IMG/VR virus record: IMGVR_UViG_3300044846_003008
DNA from: a virus
DNA length: 64,000 bases
Strand: one strand, 5' to 3'
In this document: piece by piece, positions 1 through 8,308 of the stretch
How positions within the stretch are numbered: the first letter of the stretch is position 1
How the letters are laid out: each line of letters starts with the position of its first letter
Notes under the pieces: generated by a model
What the model saw: the letters and a program-made list of their open reading frames with translations, nothing else
The model's database searches: none
Told to the model about the DNA's origin: nothing
Position numbers and translations under genes: made by a program

Positions 1-838
1 ACCTAGTATTATCAAATGGTCTTGGTACGTTATTAATATCTAAAAACTTGTTAATCAATTCCTCAGTGATTGTCTTAGGGTCAGTCCCAATCTCATCAAT
101 AAATTTATCTTTTAAATGTGGTGGTATAATTTTATTATTTAACCTCAACTCAATTTCACCAGGTTTAACAACATTTTGTTCGAAATAGTAAACCGCATAA
201 CCAACATCTTCAGGTTTATTAGCGGTTAAATCAACATCATAATGGTTTATAATAGATTCAGACCCATCATAATTATCAACCACCTCAAATAATCCCCTAA
301 TCAAAACACCTCGAAATCCTTTAGTTTTGTATTCGTCAGGGTTATTCAAAACATCATCCAATAACTTATGAATATCATTTCTTAATGTTGAGTCATAATT
401 AGCTCCTGACACATCTTGAGCCATTTCAGGTGACCAAGTTAATAAAATATGTTTTCTTGGTTCAAATGTTGATGGGTCATAAATTGTCGGTCCCATCGCG
501 GCACCATTCTTAACAGGTCTAAGTAGTTGATTTGGGTCATACATTTCAGGTGTTAACGCCAAGGATAATAAATAACATTTACCTTTAAATTCCGTTAAAT
601 CTGATATTTTAATAGTTTGAGTTGTGTAAACTTTATCATTTTTACCTTTAACTAACGGCATTGTTAAAATATCTAATGAATCACATTTTGCAAATTCATC
701 ACATTCTTTAATGATGTTTTTATATTTATCCAATTCATTACCATAAAGACTAGTTTCATCAACAAAAGTTTCATTAATTAAACTTGGGTTATTCTTTTTA
801 CTTAATAAAGCAACTTCTAAAAATTCTTTTAATTTCAT
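1..838 (-). CDS. Hypothetical protein (3'-truncated by the window edge) carrying major-capsid-like motifs
   Basis: Not in the ORF track because it runs off the window. ATG at 838 gives MKLKEFLEVALL... and the frame stays open to the edge. Contains LTPEMYDP, GPTIYDPSTFEPRK and TWSPEMAQDV. Confidence 0.8.
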   Translation of the reverse strand, partial: MKLKEFLEVALLSKKNNPSLINETFVDETSLYGNELDKYKNIIKECDEFAKCDSLDILTMPLVKGKNDKVYTTQTIKISDLTEFKGKCYLLSLALTPEMYDPNQLLRPVKNGAAMGPTIYDPSTFEPRKHILLTWSPEMAQDVSGANYDSTLRNDIHKLLDDVLNNPDEYKTKGFRGVLIRGLFEVVDNYDGSESIINHYDVDLTANKPEDVGYAVYYFEQNVVKPGEIELRLNNKIIPPHLKDKFIDEIGTDPKTITEELINKFLDINNVPRPFDNTR

Positions 839-839
839 A

Positions 840-1070
840 TTACATTACTATTTTTGGTGGATGACCTAAATCATCCTTATCCCCAAGTGGAATAGTTACC
901 GGATTAAATGGGGATGTCTGTTTATTAGTTCTAAGTGAATTTAAATCAAATTCACCTGTAACCTCTTTCATTTTATCTTTAATTGCCTCAACGTCCGTCT
1001 GTTGGATTACCTCCCAACTTCTATTAGTTAGAAACCCATCCAACCAAATAAAAAATTCTTTATGGTTCAT
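840..1070 (-). CDS. Small hypothetical protein
   Basis: 76-aa ORF with a 1-nt stop/start overlap (TAATG) with the upstream gene. N-terminus reads EFFIWLDGFL. Confidence 0.75.
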   Translation of the reverse strand: MNHKEFFIWLDGFLTNRSWEVIQQTDVEAIKDKMKEVTGEFDLNSLRTNKQTSPFNPVTIPLGDKDDLGHPPKIVM

Positions 1071-1306
1071 TATTGAATGAGATTGGTTTTATTTTCTTCG
1101 TCAAACAACGCGAATTCCGAATTAACGTGACCACAATCATCACATTTATAAGTTGGGAATGGCACTAACGTATCTTCCTTACTTCCCGTCATTAATGCAG
1201 GGACTTTTTTAATTAATACAACTTCCTTGAAGTACATACTATTACACTTTTCACAAACAATTGTTGGTTGTTTTTTCAAGTCAATTCTTGGTTGATTTAA
1301 TTCCAT
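1070..1306 (-). CDS. Small zinc-ribbon protein
   Basis: Two CxxC pairs (CEKC, CDDC); tight operon packing. Confidence 0.75.
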   Translation of the reverse strand: MELNQPRIDLKKQPTIVCEKCNSMYFKEVVLIKKVPALMTGSKEDTLVPFPTYKCDDCGHVNSEFALFDEENKTNLIQ

Positions 1307-1307
1307 A

Positions 1308-1565
1308 TTATTCTTCTTTTAATAAATGTAATGTATATTCCTCTTGTGTGAATTTATCCTTTATAATATCCCTATTAAACTCAAACTCACCACCTAAACT
1401 TTCTTCATCAGCATTATTCAATTGGAAATCCCATTTATTTTCATCCAAATATTGTAAAGCTTCCTCATCAGTTAAACCTTCCAACTCAGGATAATCTTCT
1501 TTGTTAATTTCAATCGTGTCATACAATTCGTAAACCATATAACTTTTACTCATTCTAATCTTCAT
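1308..1565 (-). CDS. Acidic hypothetical protein (start corrected to MKIRMSK at 1565)
   Basis: ATG at 1565 overlaps the TGA of the upstream small ORF (ATGA coupling). Confidence 0.7.
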   Translation of the reverse strand: MKIRMSKSYMVYELYDTIEINKEDYPELEGLTDEEALQYLDENKWDFQLNNADEESLGGEFEFNRDIIKDKFTQEEYTLHLLKEE

Positions 1566-1657
1566 TTTATTATGTATTTTATGTTTATTTTTCCAAATAC
1601 CAAATTGTCCCAAGTTGTGGAATAACACCATATGGGCTCCATTATCATTTCATTCAT
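1562..1657 (-). CDS. Putative 31-aa peptide MNEMIMEPIWCYSTTWDNLVFGKINIKYIIK
   Basis: Lies directly after a sigma70-like promoter and is ATGA-coupled to the next gene. Below the ORF-track length cut-off. Confidence 0.5.
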   Translation of the reverse strand: MNEMIMEPIWCYSTTWDNLVFGKINIKYIIK

Positions 1658-1662
1658 AATTA

Positions 1663-1691
1663 ATAATAATTTATCTAAGTTTATTAGTCAA
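1663..1691 (-). promoter_or_regulatory. Sigma70-like promoter
   Basis: TTGACT-N17-TATTAT on the minus strand. Confidence 0.5.
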
Positions 1692-2540
1692 ATATTTTGA
1701 CATATCCATATTAAAGATTGTCGTCTGAACTTCTTTAGGTACTCGAAATTCCTCATACTCCCCCGTTTCTTTAATTAGAACTATAATACAACCATACAAT
1801 TTAATATTTTCAAATTTAGAACCCTGTAACATTTTCAATAATAATTTACCATAAAATGGTAATTGTGTGAAGTAGTGTCCTAACGCATTATTCGGGTGTT
1901 GTTGGAATGGAAACTTCATTGGTTTAGTAAAATAATTACTTTCAAAGTTTTTTGGTTTGTTCGTTTTCCAATCGGTAATTATAATTCCGAACTCAGTACC
2001 TTCCTTATTCATAATCAACCATACTTTATCGGGTTGTCCTGTGTACCCCAATTCAGGGTCACCAAGAACAATCTCAGTATCTAATAACACCGCACCCCTA
2101 TCAATCATCAATTGTAAGAAATCTTTACCGGCAGTAATCATACTATCACTCGTTAGTATTTGTTGAAAATCACACTCAAAGATTGGTTCCCTAACATCCT
2201 TGTAGTTACCAAATAACTTGATAGTTTCTTTCTCCAACAAGAAGTGAGCTCGTGACCCCATATTTGTTGAGTAATCACCAGCAGCCTTCCATTCCGCCAA
2301 CAAACGTTCTTTTTCTTCAGGGTCACCTTTTGATTTTTTCTCAGCAATTTCATCAGCGGGAAACTCATCATAAAAATATTTCATTACTTTTGACACAGAT
2401 GGGTAATCACTTCTTATTTCCCCATTTAAATCCCTCATATAATAAGTGTGTGTGTCTTCGACGAACGTTAAGTCTAACAACCTACGTCTCTTATCTAAAA
2501 CTTCCCTAATCTCAAGCGCAACCTCATTTAAATCTATCAT
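1671..2540 (-). CDS. PD-(D/E)XK nuclease (RecB/Cas4/YqaJ-like exonuclease)
   Basis: YPSVSKV, GSRAH, GQPD, TDWKTNK (D-x-K) and HYFTQLPFY (QxxxY) motifs. Confidence 0.8.
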   Translation of the reverse strand: MIDLNEVALEIREVLDKRRRLLDLTFVEDTHTYYMRDLNGEIRSDYPSVSKVMKYFYDEFPADEIAEKKSKGDPEEKERLLAEWKAAGDYSTNMGSRAHFLLEKETIKLFGNYKDVREPIFECDFQQILTSDSMITAGKDFLQLMIDRGAVLLDTEIVLGDPELGYTGQPDKVWLIMNKEGTEFGIIITDWKTNKPKNFESNYFTKPMKFPFQQHPNNALGHYFTQLPFYGKLLLKMLQGSKFENIKLYGCIIVLIKETGEYEEFRVPKEVQTTIFNMDMSKYLTNKLR

Positions 2541-3439
2541 CGCATATCATAATAATACTCCTCTTTTATTTCACCCCGTAAATCAGCAATATCTGACTCT
2601 CCCGGTAGTTTAATCACTTTTATTTTCCCATATAACCCACCACCATTCAATTCGTGGAATAATTTTACAGAGTTTGGCCAAGCGTCGGCATCCAAACAAA
2701 TTATAATATTCCCCATCGCTTTTTGATAGATAGTGTCGAATAATAACTCGGACATATGTTTACCTAACATAGGAATACTATTGGGTACGAAGAACCCATC
2801 AAATACCCCCTCAACTAAGTATATGTCCTGATTCCAATTAATCAAACTCTCATTGAATATGATTTTATCTTTCTCAGCTTCAGGGTTTTTATATTTCGCT
2901 TTAGTATTAGGATACCAACTTCTTGCAATATAATAGTTTAATTTACCAAAACTATCATAAGAAGGGACGATAATCCTACCTGCGTGGTCACCTGTTCCAC
3001 AAAAACCAATCTTGTATTTTTCGATAATTTCATCAGTAATACCCCTACTTTGTAGGTAATTATACGCTTGTCTCCTAACAGGGTATGCCGGACTAACATC
3101 CTTGAATAATTTAAAATCATCAGGTAACTTTAATTTGACGTATTTCTTTTCTTTAGGTTTAAACGCCTCAGGTTGAAGAACTTCATATATCTTCTTTTGT
3201 TTTTTATTCCCATATAAATCAAATAGTTTACCCAAAGGTCCGTGAGTTCCGTTTTCGTCAGAACAACTCCAACATTTATATACGTGTGAGAAGTAATTAA
3301 CTTCAAGATTACCTTTATGTCTCCCGTCATCACAAACAGGACAATCAAACGAGATTTGACCTCTTGATTCATAATGTAAGTGTTCATCACCTAAAACATC
3401 ACATAACAACTCTACCAATATTTCTTTATCATCAGACAT
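2537..3439 (-). CDS. DNA primase (zinc-binding plus TOPRIM); probable start MSDDKE at 3439
   Basis: CPVC...CWSC zinc motif, YLQSRGI, RIIVP, KYKNP, EGVFD and DADA TOPRIM acidic motifs. Confidence 0.88.
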   Translation of the reverse strand: MSDDKEILVELLCDVLGDEHLHYESRGQISFDCPVCDDGRHKGNLEVNYFSHVYKCWSCSDENGTHGPLGKLFDLYGNKKQKKIYEVLQPEAFKPKEKKYVKLKLPDDFKLFKDVSPAYPVRRQAYNYLQSRGITDEIIEKYKIGFCGTGDHAGRIIVPSYDSFGKLNYYIARSWYPNTKAKYKNPEAEKDKIIFNESLINWNQDIYLVEGVFDGFFVPNSIPMLGKHMSELLFDTIYQKAMGNIIICLDADAWPNSVKLFHELNGGGLYGKIKVIKLPGESDIADLRGEIKEEYYYDMR

Positions 3440-3501
3440 AACACCAAAAATAATCATAAATATTAAACTAATCAACCTTCACAAGTTTCCATCAGTCTTT
3501 A

Positions 3502-3508
3502 TATTTAT
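3502..3508 (+). promoter_or_regulatory. TATTTAT putative phage late promoter (one of ~11 sites)
   Basis: The same motif lies shortly upstream of starts at 3526, 8309, 15443, 32865, 35235, 40108, 44585, 56653, 58577, 60114 and 61089. Confidence 0.55.
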
Positions 3509-3525
3509 TATAAAACAAAAAAACA

Positions 3526-3741
3526 ATGCCTAAAATAATAACAATTACCGATATTACGGGCTCAACCCCATTTAATGTTTCGTTATGTGACAATCCCGTC
3601 ACAATATGTGTTTATATTGACACTATAACAACATTACCATATTCGTTCGAGGTTCCACAAATTATTCAAAGCCAAGACGACTTCACATTAAAAGTCGAAG
3701 ATGAAAATGGGTGTATTAACTATTCAATTTTAACATTATAA
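3526..3741 (+). CDS. Small beta-rich protein, paralogous to the N-terminal domain of 8309..10918
   Basis: ITITDITGSTPFNVSLCD...C aligns with [19 protein letters not shown]...C. Confidence 0.75.
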   Translation: MPKIITITDITGSTPFNVSLCDNPVTICVYIDTITTLPYSFEVPQIIQSQDDFTLKVEDENGCINYSILTL

Positions 3742-3742
3742 T

Positions 3743-5233
3743 ATGGATTGTCCTACAGAATATTGCATAAGTAACACTAATATCCCAACATATAATGATA
3801 ACTTTTCATTTAATGGTGATTACGACGGATACTATAGTTGGTCAGGTTATACAAATGGCTATTTTATTTATTTTAAAACAGAAACAACACAATGGTGTTT
3901 ATCCGACACTTTAGGTGGTGATTGTTTATTATCGGGTAAATCACCCTGTACTAGCGAATGTCCTGATTTATTTGGGGCTTACTTTTCAACAGGTATTTGT
4001 GTAACCCCAACACCAACACCAACAAATAATTGTTCTGTTTTAGATTTCGAATCCTTTTTTGATTGTTCACCAATTAGTTACTTAACCCCAACACCTACAT
4101 CAACAACAACCACTACCCCAACCCCAACACCAACATCAACTAACTTTTGTAATCTCTTAAATGTTGATGCCGACATAGTTAGTATATCTTCAACACCAAC
4201 ACCAACCCCGACACCAACACCAACATCGTCAAAACCCGTAACTAGAAATTGTTCATTTGGGGGTGATGTAACATTTAACACCGTTAATGTGAATATTAAT
4301 TGCCCAATCAGTAAACAATTCAGTGATTGTAATGAACCTAATATCATCTACACAACAACCGATGTTTTAACAGTTCAAGGTGGTTCCGAACTTTCACAAT
4401 ATATGGTATTTAACGCATATGTCGATGGTAATGTTAAATGTATCTCATATATTGGCGTTACTTATGACACCATAGGTGGTAATTCAATTGAATTGAATAC
4501 CCCACCATTAGGTTATTCTAATTTAGGTGGTTGTACTTTTTGTCAACCAACAAGGACTCCAACACCTACACCAACAGGAACACCAATTCCAACACCAACA
4601 CCTACACCTACAAGGACCCAAACACCAACACCTACACCTACTAATACTCCAACAAGGACCCAAACACCAACACCTACTAACACTCCAACACCTACTAACA
4701 CTCCAACACCTACTAACACACCTACAAGTACAATCCCATCAATTAATTATTGTGCTAGAAGTCCATTTACAGATGGTATAACAACGAGTTCTGTTAGTTC
4801 AACAGGATGGAAATGGTTTATGTGGGAAAGAGGATATAATAACCACTATTCATATCCTGATGGTGAATTCGACCCTAATACTTTAACTTTATTAAATTTC
4901 CCGTGGTCAAACGATTCCCAATATAGTGCAACTTCGGTTAATTTCACAACAGAGTATATGAACCCTTCATTCTATAATTACTTTGGTTATATGGAAGTTA
5001 TTGTTATGAACTGTTCACAAAATCAATTTTATATAGTCGATAAATGGTTAACACAATACGGACAACCAAGAAGATATTGGCCGTCAAAAACATTAACCGC
5101 ATTACCACCAACAACAGGAACTTACGTTTCAGGTTTGTGGGCAACAACTCAACCATATGATGTGAAAAACCCAAAATACAATACTTGGGGTAATTTCCCA
5201 ACTTGGCCACCTAATAATAGTCCAAACCCTTAA
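3743..5233 (+). CDS. Cys-rich putative virion/fibre protein with Thr/Pro linkers
   Basis: Several PTPTPT linkers separate Cys-rich domains; aromatic-rich C-terminal domain. N-terminal domain is paralogous to the split gene 15443/15044. Confidence 0.75.
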   Translation: MDCPTEYCISNTNIPTYNDNFSFNGDYDGYYSWSGYTNGYFIYFKTETTQWCLSDTLGGDCLLSGKSPCTSECPDLFGAYFSTGICVTPTPTPTNNCSVLDFESFFDCSPISYLTPTPTSTTTTTPTPTPTSTNFCNLLNVDADIVSISSTPTPTPTPTPTSSKPVTRNCSFGGDVTFNTVNVNINCPISKQFSDCNEPNIIYTTTDVLTVQGGSELSQYMVFNAYVDGNVKCISYIGVTYDTIGGNSIELNTPPLGYSNLGGCTFCQPTRTPTPTPTGTPIPTPTPTPTRTQTPTPTPTNTPTRTQTPTPTNTPTPTNTPTPTNTPTSTIPSINYCARSPFTDGITTSSVSSTGWKWFMWERGYNNHYSYPDGEFDPNTLTLLNFPWSNDSQYSATSVNFTTEYMNPSFYNYFGYMEVIVMNCSQNQFYIVDKWLTQYGQPRRYWPSKTLTALPPTTGTYVSGLWATTQPYDVKNPKYNTWGNFPTWPPNNSPNP

Positions 5234-5245
5234 TATTTAAAAATT

Positions 5246-6022
5246 ATGAATTTTACTAATCAACATCAACCTTATATTTTTAAGAACATAAATAATGAAA
5301 TTAACATTATTGTTAGTGAATTTAGTCGTGATGGTATCACCTTTAATTTTGGAAATTATCAATCAACTGAAGATAGATGGAAATTACATCTATTAGACGC
5401 TAATTTCGTTAAAACAGTCATTAACACTCCCAATACTATAATATATGACGATATAACCTATGATGTTATTGCGGAATGTAATGGTTATGTTGAAGACAAT
5501 AAAATAAGTTATGTTATTGGTGGTTTTGACAAAATAAACCAATATTATTTCTATTTTTTGGTTTCAGGCGAATTTAATAATAACACAGTGTCTAACTTAA
5601 ATGTTTTGGGAAGACATAGAACTGGGTTCCACAAACAAAACGATATTTACACAATTAATAAAAATAAAATCACAAGAAATAATTTAGAACTAGACATTAA
5701 TCTAAACCCGTACCTGATTTCAATTGTGAGAATTATTCCAATATACGGTCATAATAAAATGTTAATAACCGGTACTGACCATACAACAAATCACATAACA
5801 TTGTTATATGATTTGGGTAACAATACATTACAAAAAATAACTACCCCAACGACTGACCATATTTATAAATCATCAATATATGATTATGATAATACCAAAT
5901 TAATGGCTTATACCGATAAAATATATTCGACAGATAATTATGAAAAATTACAATTATCACAATCAAGTCATAATTATAACCTAAACATTGAATCAGATTT
6001 CATTCTCAGTGAATTAAATTGA
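5246..6022 (+). CDS. Hypothetical beta-strand-rich protein
   Basis: 258-aa ORF, Asn/Ile/Tyr rich, no recognisable family motif. Confidence 0.75.
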   Translation: MNFTNQHQPYIFKNINNEINIIVSEFSRDGITFNFGNYQSTEDRWKLHLLDANFVKTVINTPNTIIYDDITYDVIAECNGYVEDNKISYVIGGFDKINQYYFYFLVSGEFNNNTVSNLNVLGRHRTGFHKQNDIYTINKNKITRNNLELDINLNPYLISIVRIIPIYGHNKMLITGTDHTTNHITLLYDLGNNTLQKITTPTTDHIYKSSIYDYDNTKLMAYTDKIYSTDNYEKLQLSQSSHNYNLNIESDFILSELN

Positions 6023-6052
6023 TTGACCAAAAGTTCTTATAACTATTATAAT
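6023..6052 (+). promoter_or_regulatory. Sigma70-like promoter
   Basis: TTGACC-N18-TATAAT just upstream of ATG 6068. Confidence 0.4.
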
Positions 6053-6067
6053 AATAAATAAAAAAAT

Positions 6068-8272
6068 ATGCCGTTTTCAGTATCAACGTGTTTAACAGGA
6101 TTAGGGACCGTAACATTAGGTCCCACATTAACAATATATAGTAACCCAATTCCGCCTAATAATCAAGGTGTTTTTGTTGGTAATGTCGCAACATCATTAA
6201 TCACAGGAAATGCTTGTCCTTACACTTTCGTTGTACCTGATGGGACCACAACAGTACGTTTATTCGACCCCGTTACTTTTTGTTATGCCGACATACCTGT
6301 AAGTAATAATAATGTCTGTTCAACGTGTAATTTAACTTTTACCTCGATTAGTAACAACCTTTTATCAACAATAAATGTCGGTTCTTTAGCCGGTACTTGT
6401 GACCCAGCAATCACTGATTATAGAATTAATTGGTATGGACCTAATAATTCAACACTATTAGCTTTTACTTCAGGTGCGGGAACTATATGGCCCGTTAGAG
6501 ACGCCACTCAACCAATAACACCAACATCACTTGATGCTCCATTTTTAGAACCCGGAACTTATGTTTCTAAAATCACTGAAGTTGAGCTAAATAATGTTAG
6601 ATTCTCATATATCGGAGGAACCAATAACGTATTATCACCAAGTCTATTAAATTGTTCATACACCGTATCTGTCTCACCTTATACTTGTCTTAATGGTTCT
6701 CCCCAACCAATTGATGGTTATTATGCACATCAAAAAACCTACATAACCGATGGTTCGTCACCACCAAAATCAGGGAATGCGACAATTTCGTTAGGCGCCG
6801 GAACTCAATCCCTTATTTGGGCATTTTCAGGAGTTTCTATTTATGATACCTTAACGTTAACATTTAACGGTAGTAGTTATTCAAACCCCATAGTTCTTGA
6901 AAGTTTTAGATTAGGCGGTGATGTTTCAAACGATACACGACCAACCACTTTTCCAAAAACATATGGTAATTCAGGTGAATTTAAAAAAATAACAATGTTA
7001 ACAGGTTTAATTGTTAATAACAATGATACAATTGTGATTAATGTAACCCCAAACCCTAATCCCGCATATGCAACATCTTGGAATTTAAAATTTGGTTGCC
7101 GTACTAACACACCTGCAAGTAAAATTTGTTTAGATGATTATAAAAATAAACCTTATAAGATTCAAAAAAGTTCAATCCTTGCAACACCAATTTCTTGTGG
7201 TAATGTCAAAATATATTTTGAAATTAGTGGTTGTAGTACTAATGATAATGCGTTATTCTTCAATTCTGATTTGGTTAAACTAACATCATATATTGATAAT
7301 GGGGTTTACAGTTTTGATAATACTACGAAATTAAGGTCATTTGGGTATGACTATTTTAGGCCACAATTATCCTCAATAAACCAAAACAACTCATCTTTAA
7401 CATCAGAATGTACTAGTTCAGGTGCGAACACCGGAACCATAACAATTAGTAAATCAAATGTTAATGAGTTCACTATTTTTTGTAGTAATCAATCCGACAT
7501 ATTAGCGTTCGAATCATCATTTAACACTAGTAGAAACACCGCAATTAATACCGCAGGTCTTCCCGCATATACCCCGAATGACCCAACAAACATTAATTAT
7601 TATCGTTTTTTCCAACTTGAATATTATACAAACTTAGGGAATTATTCTTGTGGTGATGGGGCTATAGTTACATCGGCGTGGTTACACTGTAATTCAACCT
7701 ACACATTAAACCCAACTGTTGGTGGTTATCTTATGACTATACAGACCCCTTTGATATCATACAATCACCCTTGTACTGGTTGTAATCCTGGTTGTTCTAA
7801 TTTGTTATATTACGTAACACAAGCTAACAATCTTAGAAACTCAACTTTTAATTATTCAAACACGTCAGGTCTAAGAAAAACAAACCCTTTTAGGTTTTCT
7901 ATGGCATATTCCGAAGGTTCAACGCCCGCCATTATGGAAAGAGAATTTATTGGTACTGTTAATGTTAGCCCTAAATATTCGACAAATACCTACGCGTCAA
8001 CAAGTGATGGGTTAAACACTTTATTACCTTCGTTATCCGCAACATCTTGGGATTGGGAAAACCATTTTGCCGAGGTTGACGCGACTACAGTAAACCCATT
8101 TTATAGACAACAACTTTTTAAATATAAAATAGTTGTCGTAACATTCACTCCATTAAGATTCCAACTATTTGGAGCACCAATTACTAATTTTTTAGCAGGT
8201 GCTTATGACCCAACACCTATTTATGACTCTTTATTCCCAAACTCATATAATAGTACTTATATATATGTTTAA
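6068..8272 (+). CDS. Putative virion structural/fibre protein
   Basis: 734 aa, Thr/Ser/Asn/Cys-rich beta-sandwich-like composition; within the plus-strand cassette. Confidence 0.7.
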   Translation: MPFSVSTCLTGLGTVTLGPTLTIYSNPIPPNNQGVFVGNVATSLITGNACPYTFVVPDGTTTVRLFDPVTFCYADIPVSNNNVCSTCNLTFTSISNNLLSTINVGSLAGTCDPAITDYRINWYGPNNSTLLAFTSGAGTIWPVRDATQPITPTSLDAPFLEPGTYVSKITEVELNNVRFSYIGGTNNVLSPSLLNCSYTVSVSPYTCLNGSPQPIDGYYAHQKTYITDGSSPPKSGNATISLGAGTQSLIWAFSGVSIYDTLTLTFNGSSYSNPIVLESFRLGGDVSNDTRPTTFPKTYGNSGEFKKITMLTGLIVNNNDTIVINVTPNPNPAYATSWNLKFGCRTNTPASKICLDDYKNKPYKIQKSSILATPISCGNVKIYFEISGCSTNDNALFFNSDLVKLTSYIDNGVYSFDNTTKLRSFGYDYFRPQLSSINQNNSSLTSECTSSGANTGTITISKSNVNEFTIFCSNQSDILAFESSFNTSRNTAINTAGLPAYTPNDPTNINYYRFFQLEYYTNLGNYSCGDGAIVTSAWLHCNSTYTLNPTVGGYLMTIQTPLISYNHPCTGCNPGCSNLLYYVTQANNLRNSTFNYSNTSGLRKTNPFRFSMAYSEGSTPAIMEREFIGTVNVSPKYSTNTYASTSDGLNTLLPSLSATSWDWENHFAEVDATTVNPFYRQQLFKYKIVVVTFTPLRFQLFGAPITNFLAGAYDPTPIYDSLFPNSYNSTYIYV

Positions 8273-8308
8273 TTAAACTCAACTTTGAATATTTATTATT
8301 AAAAGAGT

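Noticed and set aside
1671-2540. Cas4 of a CRISPR system
   Set aside because: There is no four-Cys Fe-S pattern, no other cas genes and no array. It is a generic phage PD-(D/E)XK nuclease.
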